Assembly: GCF_006345805.1 (NCBI RefSeq)
Contig: NW_021835993.1
Location: forward strand, 186,001 to 250,000
Direction: 5' to 3'
Source of the DNA: Octopus sinensis
Taxonomy: Eukaryota
DNA length: 64,000 bases
Part shown: positions 24,726 through 38,800 of the stretch, piece after piece
How positions within the stretch are numbered: the stretch's first letter is position 1
Layout: every line of letters begins with the position of its first letter
Made by a program: the position numbers and the translations under genes
The notes under the pieces: model-generated
Database searches by the model: none
What the model was told of the DNA's origin: nothing
The model's input: the letters and a program-made list of their open reading frames with translations, nothing else

Positions 24726-26479
24726 GTCTAGATAATTCCAGCTGGAAAGAGTGAATGGTTCTTTTCTTGAATCCTTTAGGAGCATTCTAGTAACAATGTA
24801 GTTAACAATGTTGTAAAACTTGTATGATTCTAAAACAAAATTATGAAATTCTAAGCAATCATTCGAAGCATAGTTATCAACTGAGTATGCTGAAATATTC
24901 ATAAAATGACTACAGCTTCAAGGACGACACAGTCTAGGGGTGATTGGGAGGAGAGGAGGGAGGGTGGTCAGTGAGGACTTGTATGATCTGAGTGTGTATA
25001 TGTGTGATTGGTATATTCCGACGGTCAATTCATTCGGGATTGAGGAGGAGATGAGAAGTAGGACGAGGGGATGTGTAGTTGTCAGTTCAAGTTCTCACAT
25101 TGGGAGGTTGTGGGGGAGGGGCGTGGAGATGATCGACTGGGTGACAAACATGTGAAGAAAGTTCGGCTGAGGAAGGGATTGGTTACTCAGGAATAGATTG
25201 TCGGGGATCCTAATAAGCAGAGGACGTTGGCTAGAAAAAAATAATTCACTATTTTGTATTCTTCATTATAATTAGATGCAAAAAAAAAATTAGATGCAAG
25301 TGTGCTAATTATGAATAATGGTATTAATATAGCATTTTACGCAGTTAAATCAAACAAAATCTACGTAACTTTCGCGGATTGAAAAAGGACCCAGTATTTT
25401 CTAGAGCTTGTAAACTCTGGCATGGATACATATTGGGCATTCCATCTAACACCTCACGCCAATGGGAATGGGATGATGTCTACAGTAAAGCTATAGTGGA
25501 AATATTGGATCAGCCGCACCCCACTCGTTTCGGTGGACCTGCTAGACCTGAAAATAATGCACCCCTCTTTTAGTCTGGAAGTTTTCTCGATAATAACTAT
25601 GTAAGAATTGGCGAGCAATGTGTATGCGAATTAATGCTTGTTTGGTGATCAACGCCGATGTAGTGCGTATCTTAACGTACTCCTCTTTTAGTCTGGAAAA
25701 TAAAATATGCCATCAAAGTCTAAGCCCCGTTTAGTGTAACAGTGATATTACTAGAATAGCACGCCATTAAGCAACACTGAACACGCTCAACTTGAACACA
25801 AAGCATCTTGGCAAATCAGAGGAACTTAATGAATATTGGACAACTCTCTCAATGCGACGGGGACTTTACCCGAGATAGTTTAAGCAATAAGCTTAGCAGT
25901 AACCTCGTATCAACACTTTGGTGGCATTTAAAGAATGGAGGAAAATATAAATATAGCTATAATCTATAAATTTTATATTTCATTATAAATTATTAAGTGC
26001 GTTTAATTAGATTTGCTTAATACTAAATTATCTATATTTAGAAAATCAAGAATAAATTTACAAAAAAATATTATCAAAGTTATAAATGTTTGAGTTGCAA
26101 TTAACAAGAACAATAAAGAAAACTAATATTCAAAGACAGAAACATTGCCATTCCACCTCCTGACAAGATGGGGGTTCTGGCTTAAGGTCACTACATACTA
26201 TTTAGAAAATCTGATCGGAGTTCAAATATTTTCGAATCATTCGCGGATGATGGATATCTACTTCGAACAGCTAAGGAAATTCTCAACAACCATGTGTTAG
26301 TTAGCAGTGTGACCTCTTCCGAAGCTATTCGAACATTTCGGCAAACTTTCTGCTCGGTTTAATGTTTCTCTAAGATAAAGAGTGTTCTAAGTCTTAGAAC
26401 GCCAAAAGAATGCTCCAAAAACTTTAGAATTCTGCTTAAAAAAAGCAAATGAGCATAATAACAAGACACTAAAAGTCAG

Positions 26480-28117
26480 TTATGCAGTGAGTGAACTGGT
26501 TGCTAAGGTGGGGAAGCCACATACAATTGCAGAACGTCTGGTGAAGCCAGCAATGTTGATCTGTGCTAAAGAACTGCTAGGAGAACAGGCTGCCAACATT
26601 CTACAAAAAATCCCATTGTCTAATGACACAGTGAAGAGAAGGCAATTGAAATGGCAGAAAACCTCGAGAAACAGCTTGTGGAAAAATTAAAAGTTTCTAA
26701 GTTCTCACTACAAATTGATGAGACAACAATCAACAATTCTGCCTTATTACTTACTTATGTCCGATATATTGATGCAATGGCAATTCATGAAGAAATGTTA
26801 TTTATAAAAAAGTTGATTGACACACGAAGCGACACTATATATGCGGCTGTTTACGACTATCTGTACGATAATGGGATCCCTCTGTCAAATCTGTTGCAGA
26901 TTGCAACAGACGGTGCCAGCGCTATGACCGGCAAACAGAATGGCTTTGTAGCTAAATTAAAAAAAGTTGCCCCTCATATATTGGCAATTCATTGCATCAT
27001 CCATCGAGAACATCTTTGTGCTAAATCTCTCAATGATGACATGGAACATGCATTGAAAGTCGCTGTTTCAACAGTGAATTTGTCAAAGCCAATGCTTTGC
27101 ATGACCGCCTATTTCAACATTTATGTGAACATGAGGACCACCAGAGACTCCTCATGCACACTGAAGTGAGATGGCTTTCCAAAGGAAATTCCCTAGTTCG
27201 TCTTGCTGAAATGTGGGATATGGTTCTTATTTTTGTTCATGACATGAAAACACAAGCTTGTAGCAAGAAGCAGAAAGATAAAGCTGAGACTTTGTTTTCA
27301 GTGATAAATAACAACGATACAAAGCAAGGATTTTTTACCTGGCTGACTTATTCGCACATGTCAACCAACTGAACATGACACTGCAAGGGCGAAATGCTAA
27401 TCTGATAGATAGTGCTGAGAAAGTACGCTCTTTTTTGAACAAGTTATGTCTCTGGAAGATGCATCTTCAAAAAAATGAATTTGCTTATTTTTGTAATTTT
27501 GCCAAAACTGCTCCGAGCTCAGAAGTAATCGCAAGCTGCACTGACCACTTGAAATGCTTGAAAGAAGATATGACTAGAAGATTTAAAGATATCATCGAAA
27601 TGAATCCGCCTAGTTGGATTATAGATATAGCACATTTTGACGTATTAAGTGAAAAAGACATTGATCCTATTATTGCTGGAGAACTTCTTGAACTGAAGGA
27701 GAACAAAGTATTAATGAAAAATATTGAAAGGGATGGCTTATATGGATGGATGAAAGTAGAATCGATTCATCCATTACTCTTTGAAAAAGTTGTTCCGTTT
27801 GTACTTGGCTTTCCCACCACTTGGTTGGTTGAGACAGGATTTTCTGCAACAAACGATTTACTCACAAAAAAACGCAATCAATTGCAGATTGAGAAGAGAG
27901 GAGACTTACGTTTGAGGTTGAACCAAGATCTGGAAATTCAACTTGACAAATTGATAGATAGACATCAAGAGCAGTGTAGTCATTGACATTTTAATAAGAT
28001 TTTTTATGTTAATAAAAATACTTTTTTGTTAATCAAAGTTTTATTAAAGGCAATGGGCCTGAGATTTTATATGACCCTGAAAATGGGCCTCAGGGAAAAA
28101 AAGGTTGAGAAACACTG
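26480..28117 (+). mobile_element. hAT (Buster/ZBED5-like) transposase, frameshifted, 5' end lost
   Basis: KPHTIAERLVKP, FSLQIDETT, ATDGASAM, HCIIHRE, HTEVRWLSKG and FPTTWLVETGFS motifs. Right terminus GGTTGAGAAACACTG ends at 28117. Confidence 0.92.
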
Positions 28118-28523
28118 TTCTAAGATTCAACAAAAATTTTCTAACAGAAAATATAGAAAATTATGTCTAACAAAAAGTTTTAGTGTTCTTATTTTTTTTA
28201 ATTTTTAGGGCATAAAGTTAAATTTTTAGGTTAATTTTGTATTTTTTAGGTTAAAATAATCGCCCTAGCTATCATGATTATTGATATCATGAATATTCGA
28301 TTGATTGACATTCTTATGGACTAACCAGTTAATAAATATAATAATCGCAATTTTGTACATTTTTTGTTAGTGTTTATTCAAATATTAAAAAACTATTAAA
28401 TAATACATTATAATTATTTGTGAATCTCATCAATTCTTGTGGTCACATAAATGGTACTTAATAACCCCATATTCGCAGAGCAAGTCCAAATTGAGTGCGG
28501 ACATCCAGTCAAAAAAGGATCAA

Positions 28524-30160
28524 ATGTCAACCACAGCCGACAAAATCTCCGATATCCTCCGAAGCCTGTCCGTGCCGTACAACAAATCAGTCAGACCAAT
28601 CGAGGCCAGCACAGGATTCAACATGCACTGCATGAGTCCCCTCAGTCCAACCCACATGGAACAAAAACCCTCAGTCCTCTTCATGGGCTCATATTCCGCC
28701 GGAAAAACCACAGCCATCAAATACCTCCTCCAATTGGACATTCCCGTCCTCCGCGTAGGCCCTGAACCCACCACGGACATGTTCCACGTCCTGACCTACG
28801 GAGAGAAGCAGGTGACGGTGGGCGGAGTCATCCTCATGAACGACCCCCACCTGGGCTTCCAGAATTTCTTCCCCTCCAACAAGGACATAGCCCGTCATTT
28901 CCAGCTGACGAGGGTGAATAACACATGTCTGCGGGCAATGGACATAATCGACAGTCCGGGGTTCCTGAGTGGGGAGAACATGGGGGATCAACGAGGGTAT
29001 GACCTGCCGGGAGTGTTGTGTGAGTTGGGGAAGCGGTGTACTCGAATGTACATGATGATGGACGTGTTCAAAGTGGACGTGTCCCCCGAGTGTAAGGAGT
29101 GTTTGAGGAAGATGAGGTCCATGATGGGCAAAATGCGACTCATCTTCAACAAGGCAGATTCAGTCAGTGATTTGAATCTGATTCGGCTGTATGGGGCCTT
29201 CATGTACCATTCGGGAATGGCAGTGTGTGCCCCCGAAGTGCCTCATGTCTTTATTTGCTCTTTGTGGGACAAACCATACAAACACGACACGTACAGGGAT
29301 TTGTTTGACTCGGAGAAACTTGAGTTGTTGAATGACCTGCAAATGTTGTCGGTTTACCACTATCCACACATTGTGGGGAATATGATCGAACGACTCAACT
29401 GCTTCCTCGTAATCCACCTGCTTATGTGTAGAGGTATTTGGTGGTTACAAGACAGTTCCGAAAAATTATGCCGTTTTTCAAAAAGGAGAAGAAAAAGCAG
29501 GAAATTGTGGCCAATTTCAGCACATTCTACAACGATGCCTTGCGGGATGAGGGAGTGATGGGGGGGGATATGATCGTCTACAACCTTGTGTTGGAGGCAG
29601 TGGTGGGACTGGCATGTGAGTGGTAGAAAGCGTTGGATGTGAATAATCTGCCCGAGTGTTGCAACAAGAAGAGTATGGACGTCATTCAGGCTATCCTTGT
29701 CAAGACTGTCCCCTCCGTGTTGGATAAGCTCAACGATGTTCTCAACGAGTTCAATCAGGATAAGATGGAGGGCGGGGTGTTTGGCATTGTCGACGCCTCC
29801 AATAAACTGTTGGAGCAGGAGGAGGAGAACAAGTTCAGACTTACCGAGAAGGACATTGAGAAGGCCGACGAGGTGTTTGCTACATTTACCACTGTTGGGG
29901 GGAAGGTGGATTCCACGCAAATCAAGCCAGTCATGCTCGAGTCCAAACTTCCCTACGAGTCGTTGGCCAAGGTGTGGGAGTTGTCTTGTTCTGCGTCCGA
30001 CGGGCGAATGGACATGTATGAGTGGAGGGTCGCCTCCTTCCTTATATCCTATGTCAAGAGTGGCAAGACTCTTCCAGATAGTCTGCCTCCCCATTTACGC
30101 CCGTCCTCTATGCGTCCTGAGTCTGACATTAGTTCGAATAGTTGGGGTGGACTTGGTTAA
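28524..30160 (+). CDS. EHD: EH-domain-containing dynamin-like ATPase (EHD/RME-1/Past1)
   Basis: KPSVLFMGSYSAGKTT, GPEPTTD, IIDSPGFLSG, RGYD, NKAD and a C-terminal EH domain (LAKVWELS). Mini-introns near 29425 and 29599. Confidence 0.93.
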
Positions 30161-30189
30161 TTTAATATATTTATTATATATTTTAACAC

Positions 30190-30720
30190 GGTTTTATCTT
30201 GGTTGTAATGTGAGGTTTTGGCAGATGCGGTAGATATAGTCGAAATACAAGTGTTGTTATCAACGAGACTATTTCGGCTGCGTTACAAGCAGCTGGGTTC
30301 CCGACAGAACTGGAACCCGTTGGGCTTGACCGTGGAGACGGTAAACGCCCAGATGGAGTCACCATTTTCCCGTGGAGTAATGGGAAATGCCTCGCGTGGG
30401 ACTCCACGTGCACAGACACCTTCTCAAAGACCAATATAGTTGACTCCGCGATCAGTCCAGGCTCAGCCGCTGAGAAGGCTGAGGCACATAAAGTTCAGAA
30501 ATATTCCAACCTGTTGGACAACTTCATCTTCTCCCCAATATCCGTAGAAACCTCCGGGGTCATGAGCCAAAAATCGTTCGAACTCGTCGGGAAAATCGGG
30601 AATCTGATCTCGAGAAGACGGAGAGAGCCTCGGGAGAAGCAATGGTTGTTCCAAAGAATATCCATTGCGATCCTGAGGGGCAACGTCTTCTCGATCATCA
30701 GTAGCTTTAGATTGTAATAA
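30190..30720 (-). mobile_element. CRE element 3' fragment (REL endonuclease), internally deleted
   Basis: ARHFPL..GKMVTPSG / FSPISVETSGVM..EPREKQWLFQRISIAILRGN. Confidence 0.88.
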
Positions 30721-31299
30721 TTATTTTCGGATATTTTCAAAAATTGTGGATTATTTCAGTGTTGTTATATTGCGAAAATACAACTTTTATGTTGAGTGGG
30801 GGGGCCTTATCTACAAAGTCTCCTGAACAGTGGTTAGTGTGTTGTATGAAGTTCGTGAAATGGCTACGGATTGTCGAAATAGTTGTCTATCCTTCCTTAT
30901 TCGCCATACAGTTTGTAAGTAACATAAAGTGAGGAAACAGCCTGAACAATTAAATATCGTGGAAATGTCTAGTCACTTTTGGAAAACGGTCTGAATTTAT
31001 ACTATTTCCATAAAAAACCTTTAGCTGGAAACAGGTTCTAAGTTGTTTTCGTTAAATGGCAATGTATTTGCGATTGTTAGCTTTAAAAACCATGCCTAAT
31101 ACATTTTGCTATTGAAATTAATAATTATAACTCCGATGTTTTAGTTGTAACATTATTTATCGATATTAAGTCTTTAGATGAGCAAGCGTCTTGGCTCCAA
31201 AAACACAGGAAATCTCAATGGCAATTGCCAAAAAGCACAAATTAAGTCTTTTATGTTTGATTTAAATTTCTTGCTGATAAATTAAACCAAATTGCTACT

Positions 31300-32720
31300 G
31301 AGATTAGACAAGCTATTAAACAATGAAACTTCTATTGTTTGCCAATTTTGGGATCGACAAAAAAACTATTTGTAATTAAACATCTTTTAAAAAGGATATT
31401 TTTTATTATCAAAGTCAAAACAGTCTCAGAAAAATTAGATAGGCAGCCGAACTCTGAAAAAACAATCCTATCTACAGAATTAACTATTCTGCTAAAATAT
31501 CATAAGCCATAAAACCGATTAATTTATATCTACCGGCTGGAAGCTTATTGCATAAACTCGTAAAAAATAAAATCAGTGGCTAATCACACGGTTGAGACAA
31601 TTCCAAAAATCCTCAAAAAAATCCACGACACACAAACAAATCATCTCTCATCTACAAAAAAATCACCTATAAAATGCATGAACACTCTCGACCAAGTGAA
31701 AGCAACTAAGTTTAAAATCCAAAAAAACAAAATCATGCGAAAACTAGGAAAAATTTCAGAAAATCCATGAAATAAAACTACAAAACCTTGCAAACGAAGT
31801 TGGAAGGTACAAGCAGGAAACGCAGATGAATGCAGTTGTAAAGATCCTAGCGCGAAAGATAAAATCCGAAAATATTAAAGTTTATGAAGAACTCGGAAAA
31901 CGCATTTACAACAACCAGAAACGCAAAGACATCATAGTTGATCACTTTGAAAAATATTTCAATTTTGGAAAAGGAAACGCTTTATTCATTTGACGGAGTC
32001 CTGAGAAAGCTATCATTATAAATAATTTTATCGGGAGTTATAAAGCCTATGACTAGGCTAAACAACTCAAAAACACCAGTCCTAGACAATATTAACCTAG
32101 AACTCATCAAACACACTCCTGAAGAGTTTCAAAAACGCACACTCATATTCTAAACAAAACGTTTAAGGAACACTTTAGAATTAACATTGGAATCAAAAAG
32201 TTAATACATAAAACGGAGAAGAAAAGAGGAAAGCTAACTAGCTTAAGACCAATCATACTACGCAGTTAACTGCACAAAATATTATCGCTAATCTCTGGCC
32301 AAAATGAATTTTTCCTGAATGATCAACTTATAATTTCGTTTGGAGCCACAAATGAATGTGTGCATCATGTCGAAAATATAAAGAGAAGTATTACATAAAG
32401 CGAATTGACCTATCTACACCATTTGACTCAATCAGAAGGTCAAGATGATACAAATATTAACACCATTACTCAAGAAAGATTACATTGAATAATTCGTTAT
32501 CTACTCTCCTCCACTCAAGTATTTATTAAGCTAAGAAAACAGAAATGAAGTGTTTGGAACGAATAAAGGAACCCACAAAGAAGACGCCTTGTTTCCGGTT
32601 TTGTTCATGGCATATCTGGAGGAATAATATCCCCATGAATATAACAGAAGTCATCTACGCAGATTATACAATATGTTCGTAAAAATCCAATTGTATAATA
32701 TGTTCGTAAAAATGGTCTTA
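31300..32720 (+). mobile_element. Highly decayed RTE-like LINE (linker plus RT)
   Basis: Remnants of LRPI, GTPQ and YADD-like motifs; same type as 6300-7680 and 34771-38050. Confidence 0.6.
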
Positions 32721-32944
32721 CTGTATAACTCCTTTATTCGGGCAGCCACAATGCAACCCTTCTACTCTACTAATGTTGCGGTATAGATATTAAAAAAATA
32801 ATATATTAAGTAATGGTAAGTCCATTCAGTAACCACACAATAAAAAAACTACTCAATGAATAAAAAATCGAATTTCTCAATTACACATGTTGCTAAATCA
32901 ATTTTAATCAAAGCGAAAATAATAAAAATCATTAAAAATAAATG

Positions 32945-34430
32945 TTATAGATTAGTTAGCAATATCCCCACCTCTTCTTTCCTTATAAAGTCGGTACCTA
33001 AAATACACAAAGAAACACTACATCATCACAACAAAAACAAAAGCGAAGAATCCAGTCAAAATAAGGAAGATGAGCCCCGGAAATATCTCAATTGTCAGCC
33101 TATAGATCTGCAGACCAAACGTATTTCCCCCCACAGCCGACAAACTCTGAATAATCATAATAATGGAAAAAATCCTTCCTGGTATGAGTCATCAAACAAA
33201 CCTTTCTCGTCATCGTCGACAAGCTTGACTAACATGGATCGAAGAATGGCCCCCGGGATTGTCTGGAGGGACAAGAACGCGACAGCTAAACATGTAAAGA
33301 AAGAACAACCAATGTAAATAAGCAAATTCTCTTTGACCAATCCAAAAAGAATGTATCCAGTAATATTGGACAGACAGGCGACGATGCCATAACTGGTATC
33401 GCGGAGTCTGGCCTGGCCGTCCTCGTTCTTGGCGAGGAGGAAGAGGGAGCTGAGAATGCCGAAAAGGAGTCCTCCGAGACTGGAAATGGTGATGACGATG
33501 GCATATTCCTTGTTGGTCATCACAAATGGGTCGGAAGTGAGAAACAAATAACTCACGGAGGTGAAGGCTAGAGAGATAACCACAACCAGTCACAATTGTA
33601 GGCCAGCATGGACAAGAAATAGCAAAACAAATACAGCAAAATCAACTTCCGATTGTCCCTCTTCTTGAACACGACTCCAAAGAGTTGTCTGAGTGGTGAA
33701 AACAACAAAACTTGAAAAAGCTTGTTTTTTCCTCGAGCAGAGAAGTGTTTGGGGAAATGTCGGGGATTGCCGCAAGTCCGTAGAAGGCGGCCAAAACGTA
33801 CAGCGCGAGGGATATGAAGAAAGACAGGTCGAGTTGTTTCAGGTCGGCGAGGTACCCGGCGATGTTGTTGGTGATGGAAGTGGCCAGGATGATAACCACC
33901 TCTGCGATGATCAGTCTCTTGGACAAAGTGCCGGGACTGGCCGTGACGGTGATGTAACTGAAACTGGTTTGAGTTAGCACGACGACACTTCCGAAAATGA
34001 AGGACACGATTGTGGAAATGTAAATGAAAACAAAATCGAGGTCGAATCGGACGATGAACATGAGGAACAAACACCCGCCTGAGGACCCCAGGATAGGCAG
34101 AGAGAGCGACTGCTTGAACCGCCCTTTATCAATTTGGATTCCCGACAGCAGGGTGGCCACCATGGGAATCGACACCATCAGGAAACTGTTTATTGTCAGC
34201 ACATTGTCAGCCAGTTTCTGCACATTTAGTCGTTTCATTCTGTTTATTGTGCTCATGTTTTTTTTGGAATGGAGGAATGAGCAGTCCCTGTATAACTGTT
34301 CGCATGATTTTTGGTAGATCAAGGCTTGGCGGGAGAACCCCTGGAGGTTTGCGGCCAATATTATTATAAAGAGAATTGGCTCAACGTAGGAGATGCGCTT
34401 GCCCCAGTTTGGCATTATTAAAATAATCAC
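32945..34430 (-). CDS. SLC46 (PCFT/HCP1-like) MFS transporter
   Basis: YVEPILF..QALIYQKSC..; frames joined by a 23-nt intron (gttttgttgttttcaccactcag) and a 26-nt intron (gtgactggttgtggttatctctctag); LRSMLVKLVDDDEK|GRIFSII at the C-terminus. Confidence 0.85.
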
Positions 34431-34770
34431 ATTTAATTTAAGAATTTATTTATTTTACATTTAAAAATTCTTTAAATTATAAAAAATAATTTAAATGCAT
34501 ATTATTAAAAACAGTTTTGAGTATAAATGATGATTAAAAAATTGCAGCAACTGGACTACGTCGACAATAAGAGCAGCTTGTCAGTATAAATAATTTAAGA
34601 AAATTAATGTCACAGGCTTGAAAGGACCCCCAGGCTTGAAGGGACCTACCCTAATTAGATATTTCATACACTTAATAATAAAAATATCGGTGACAATTAA
34701 TACCCAAATCTGCAACAAAATAAAGATTAATAAAACAAGTGTTGCATTCACATCAAGAGCTAACGTTCAA

Positions 34771-37700
34771 CTACCATTTACTAAGAATTTGTTTGGTTTT
34801 ATGTAGAATTATGGTTAGTAGCTTTTTGTCTTCAGATATGGAGTTCACGTCGTCTGCGTAGATTGTTTCTATCATATTATCATAAAGTGATCCAAGTTTG
34901 TTTCTTAATTCTCTCAAAACAGTTTCCAAGTATATAATGAATAAAATCGAGGATAGTAAGTCTCCTTGAGGACTTCCAGTATTATTAATAAAATTTTTAG
35001 ATTCTGTCATTCCAAGTGTTACACAGAGAAAAAAGTATTTGATTGAAGCTGCCGAATTATTTTTACAGTCTTCATCGACAATACTCATAAGGAAGTTGAG
35101 TAGTTTAATCCAATCAATGCTATCAAACGCTTTCCTGAGGTCAATTCTGAAAATATGGATCACGACTTTATACTTTTGACAAAGCGCAGCAAACCAACGA
35201 TGGTTCTATACTGCATTGGTAGTGGATCCTCCGGGTACAAAACCACTTTTTTCCAAAGACAAATATTGCTTGACTTGTTTGGTTATTTTTCAATGTGTGG
35301 CAGACACAACAGAACTATCGACTCAAGTTTCTCAGGTCACCACTTTGTTTTCTTGGATTTTGAATAGAAATTAATAATCCCTCGGCCAATGGGAGCCAAC
35401 AATGATGTCAAAAACAGCTGTTGAAAATTCCAACCATTATCATCGAACGTGAGTCAGGTAAATATTTCAAAATTTTGACTGGGACTTGGTCGTATCCCGG
35501 TGCGCGGTTGTTGTTTAGACAATCAAACGAGTTGATGACCTCATTATTTATGATCATATTTTTCAACAGACGTTTTTTGTCGATCTGTTTTTACTTGGAA
35601 TTGGTTTTCAAAATGACTTGCAATATGATCCTTTTTGTATTCCTTATTTAGAATAGAATGCCCTAGTTCAGTTGTTCTCAAACTGGGGCACACGAGATTC
35701 AATATTGTAGGTAATTCTTTATGAAGCTGTAAATAGATAATACAAAAAATTCTAATTTTACGATGTTTGATAAGTTTACTGATAACTTCTGCCATCTAAA
35801 ATTGAATAAAATAAAAATTTTAACATAAATTAACTTCCAATTGAGGAAAAAATTCTTTAATTTGGATAATAACAAGGTCAAAAACAGGGCGGCCAAGCTC
35901 GATCTGCGAGCACGGCGGGGCAGAAGTTAAAGTCCAGCGAGATCATCTGCCTCAGCCAAGAGGACTCGCAAGCATCCATTTTCTTCAGAGCAGTTAATAC
36001 TTGGATATACATTTCCAATTTATACTTGGATATATACCTGAAATTGATGAAATAGATTTTGAGCTTTTTATCAATCCTTTTACCATTAAAATGTATGGTT
36101 TAATCGAATTAATAAATTCTTACGAGTCAAAAACATTATTTGAATCTCCACCATTAATGCACTAGGACAGAGCCTAGTTCATCAAGAACGGTTATTCTGG
36201 CTTTTTTTCTTCAATTCAGTAACCGTACAGCTTTGTTCATTTCACCTTCAAAATGCAAAGATTCAATTTCACGGGCCATCGAATCAAGAGCGTTGATCCG
36301 TAGCTTCTTTACTTGTGTTTTAATTTGATGAAAAATTTTCTTCCGTTCCGTTTCTAGCTTTTTTTCTTTATCAAGTTGCAATTTCCAATGACAGGACGTA
36401 ATTATTTTTGCTTACGTAATAATGATTCAATGATCAAATATGCAGTTTTAGGCATTCATTTCGAAGAGAGATTTATCTTATAAATTTTTCTGCTGCACTT
36501 ACGAATATAGTGATCGTGTTTTTTAGTAATTTATCTGGGTACTCCTTTTGTGGAAGAGTAGCACTAACACACTTTTGAAATTTAATCCTCTTGGCTTCAT
36601 TCCAAATAAGTTCTGTCGTGGCGGGCCTTTATTTTGTTTGAACTGACTTTTTATAACGGCGGTATGTGATATTTTCTCTGTAGTAGGTAATTTGAGTGAC
36701 AAATTTGTTGTCGCTATATGTCGTATATCCTCAATATAAACGTGCGTCAATATGGGTAATCTCCAATTTTAGTCAATGTATAAATCTCGACGTATAAGCA
36801 ATAGATTTTAATTATTTTTTCATTTTTTATTAATTTAAGTTAATTTTAATGGGATTGTCTATTGGATTGTCTGGATTTTCATATTTTTTAAAGAATACAA
36901 ATTAAGCCGAAAAAACATATTTGTTAACTATTAGGAGCAGAAATTCTTGGAATATCTTCTCTTTATCAACTAACGAGGTCCGCCACCTGGATTCGTCCAA
37001 ATAAGACTCAAATAACGATCGCGATGTTCCTAAAATAAATTTACGAGTTTCACCAAATTGCCTTTTTAGCTTTCTCTTCGCTCGCATCCGTATGTTCTCA
37101 ATATTTTGAGTATGGATGGAGGGGTCCAAAGGGTCAACAAAATGCTCGGAGTGATTTATCACAGAATGTGAATAAATCCCTCTTCCAATCTGCGCAATCC
37201 CATTATAGGCTGCCCAACTATCAGTAATGATATGGGTGCCGGGAAGTACGCGTCGAACGATAACTTGATTAGGTGTTTCCGCTGTTCTGTCTAAAGGATA
37301 AAGGAAAAAAAACCTACAACTTCTTCAAAAAAGCACTTTCTAGTTTCCCTGTCTATTCCACCCAATACCAAATGGCCTGGTCGCCAATGACCTTGATGGT
37401 ACTTTCTGTAAAAAAATTTACACTCGTCGATTTCCACTATCGACTCTTGTAAAAATTAAAATTAAATGAATTACGTAATGTATCTTCATTAACCACGAGT
37501 TTTGGAATACATAACCAAATTGCGTTGTCCACGTTTCTTCTTGACTTAGATAAACGACAGCGTCTCTATTTGTGAGAATATAGGTCTTACTTTACAGCGA
37601 ACGCATTTCATTGTGTTAGAGATCAACCGCCTCTCTGACTAAAATTGGGGATTCGTCTCTATACGTCGAGATTTATACATTGACTAGAATTGGAGATTAC

Positions 37701-38050
37701 CCTTTCTTGAACCAGTCCACGTTGTTTTGTGTTTCGCAGAATGTTGAAAAGCAATGTTTAACAAACAGAATCCAAATGCTTTGCAAAATTCCAGGAGGAT
37801 ATCACAGGAGAAGTTTCTCACTCCTCTACAATGAGCTCCGAGGCTGAATTTAAAGTTACTTTTCTCCCAACCGTAGCATTCAAATCTCAGGCAATTAATA
37901 TAGTGGTAGTGTGTTGTAATTCAAAGCACACGGATTGGAGGACACAATAGTAATCATCAACTTCGTTATACGTCCCAAAACTTTAATTACGCTAAGTGTG
38001 TTACGCATACTCAACCTCAATTGAAGCACCAAATACGCCATTTACCATCC
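34771..38050 (-). mobile_element. RTE-like LINE remnant (APE 37703-38050, linker and RT 34771-36750), interrupted by a Merlin element
   Basis: DLNATVG..LLEFC..HKTTW on the right of the Merlin; DLRKAFDSI, SPQGDLLS and IYADDV on the left, in the same orientation. Confidence 0.75.
36754..37702 (-). mobile_element. Merlin (ISXO2/IS1595-like) DNA transposon, internally deleted
   Basis: 43-bp TIR GGGTAATCTCCAATT(T/C)TAGTCAATGTATAAATCTCGACGTATA with 1 mismatch. Transposase reads VEIDE..GGIDR..IITDSWAAY..NHSEHFVDP..HTQNIEN..YLDE. No TSD found. Confidence 0.9.
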
Positions 38051-38199
38051 AAACTTCATGTAAGTCGTTGACTAGAGATGAATAGACAGCGAAATGGTTT
38101 TTAATATAATTAATTTTGTATTTATACATTTTTTTGTTTCCTTGTCATTTTGTCATTATTGTTAAAGTATTTTCTACTGTTCTATGTTGAATAGATTCC

Positions 38200-38800
38200 T
38201 AAAATGAAAAATGCTTACAAAAAAAACGCGAAATATTCTAAAAAACGATCTTTTGCGGCCATCTTCAAAGATAGCAGGGCTACAATCTTAGGCATTAAAA
38301 AGGATGATCCTTTTTTAATAATGGAACTTATTTCAATTCTACAGAACATAAAAGTGATTTGAAAAGCTGAAAATCTTGATCTCAAAGTTTTCAAAATTTT
38401 TCAAAAATTGAGACTTAAAAAGTTCCTCTGTCTGGACCCACGATTAAGAAAATTGAATCCATGAAGTTTTTGCCGAAGAATGCTTTAAAAGGGAAATAAA
38501 TTTTTTTTATAATGGACCTGAATCAACGAACATCAATGATCCCCTCAGTGTGATTAATCAAAGGGAAGAAAATATATGTAAACATTCTCCAGAACTATTA
38601 AATGATTTTTATTCCGTATAGAAAAAAATAATGTCTAATTTATGGGAATAAATTGTTTGGAAAAAAGATTAGACATTACTTTAAAAAATTATAATTCATC
38701 AACTGTTTCTAAAATTATTCTTGACAAAAATATAGTTTAATACAAAAATATTAGTGAGCCTCGGTTTACGAAGTACTTCAAATCGAGGTCCGATTGTACT
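38200..38800 (+). mobile_element. pogo/Tigger (CENP-B HTH) remnant
   Basis: ENLDLKVFKIFQKLRLKKVPLSGPTIKK resembles the CENP-B-type ..KW..R...PISGP..K motif. Confidence 0.5.

Noticed and set aside
32670-32715. 17-bp direct repeat AATATGTTCGTAAAAAT
   Set aside because: Small local tandem duplication inside a decayed LINE RT.
33700-33730. Apparent frameshift in SLC46
   Set aside because: Explained by the 23-nt intron gttttgttgttttcaccactcag.
36754-37702. Expected 8-9 bp Merlin TSD
   Set aside because: The flanks do not match, probably because of an adjacent deletion, so no TSD is claimed.
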